Assembly (NCBI RefSeq): GCF_036365525.1
Contig: NC_090379.1
Location: 26,899,790 to 26,963,789 of the forward strand
DNA from: Heterodontus francisci
Taxonomy: Eukaryota
DNA: 64,000 bases
Reading direction: 5' to 3'
A program made the translations under genes and the position numbers. Shown piece by piece: positions 63,557-64,000 of this stretch. Below the pieces are notes generated by a model, which did not search any database, had not been told where the DNA came from, and was given only the letters and a program-made list of their open reading frames with translations. Position 1 is the stretch's first letter. Each line of letters opens with the position of its first letter.

Positions 63557-64000
63557 TGTTAGTTGTGTGATTATCTGCAGGTGAAGGGAGTTAATTGTGG
63601 TTTTAGTTGAGCACTTAAAAGGAGACACTCACTGGGACTGGGGAATAATTTTTGAGTGAGGGGCTACATATTTGTAATCCTTTTATTCTGCACAATAAAT
63701 GTGGAACTGAGTAAATACAGGTTCCAGCCTATCCTTCCAGAACAAGCTTTCTGGAGTTTAATATGGTAGCAGAGAATGGCTGCCTGAAGCTGAAGGTTGG
63801 AAAATAGGAATTTGTTTTTGGATAGAAAACTAAAGTCTCAAGGGCTATTGTGAAAAATATGGCAGAAAGCAAGGCAGAAATCAAGTGCAAATTGTCAGGG
63901 TATGATTACCCTCCGGTGTTTTCGGAGTCTGAACCAGATGACCAGAGGAAGAATGAAGCGGATATGTGGACAGGGTTACATCTCTACCAAAAAGGAAACA
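63557..64000 (+). mobile_element. 5' end of an LTR retrotransposon, probably Ty1/Copia (GalEa-like), nested in the Gypsy integrase
   Basis: ~207-bp LTR (TGTT...AATA, internal AATAAA). PBS TGGTAGCAGAGAATGG (initiator tRNA-Met-like) at 63764-63779. Gag start at 63859: MAESKAEIKCKLSGYDYPPVF...KNE.DMWT, then after a frameshift VTSLPKRKQ. Confidence 0.7.

Overview
Repeat-dense vertebrate DNA, very likely from a cartilaginous fish (HE1-type tRNA SINEs, SacSINE/Deu-type SINEs, shark-type CR1 LINEs). The only host coding sequence I can support is the first two coding exons of a divergent PPP1R37(LRRC68)-like gene on + (24041-24257 with the PP1-docking motif KHVSF, and 40981-41078). A CpG-island promoter with a non-coding first exon of an unidentified gene points the other way (-, ~10760-11200). 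Most of the rest is nested mobile DNA: CR1 and L2/CR1-group LINE fragments, two young RTE LINEs, five solo LTRs plus one LTR fragment, two decayed Gypsy elements, the start of a probable GalEa-type Copia element, a Penelope-like element, a decayed PIF/Harbinger transposase with related MITEs, and hAT MITEs. The most notable non-coding signal is two families of minimal hammerhead-ribozyme motifs, one in the Penelope termini and one in a short non-autonomous element with 14-bp TSDs. All family and gene assignments come from recognised motifs, not database searches. Boundaries without a quoted TSD or splice site are approximate.
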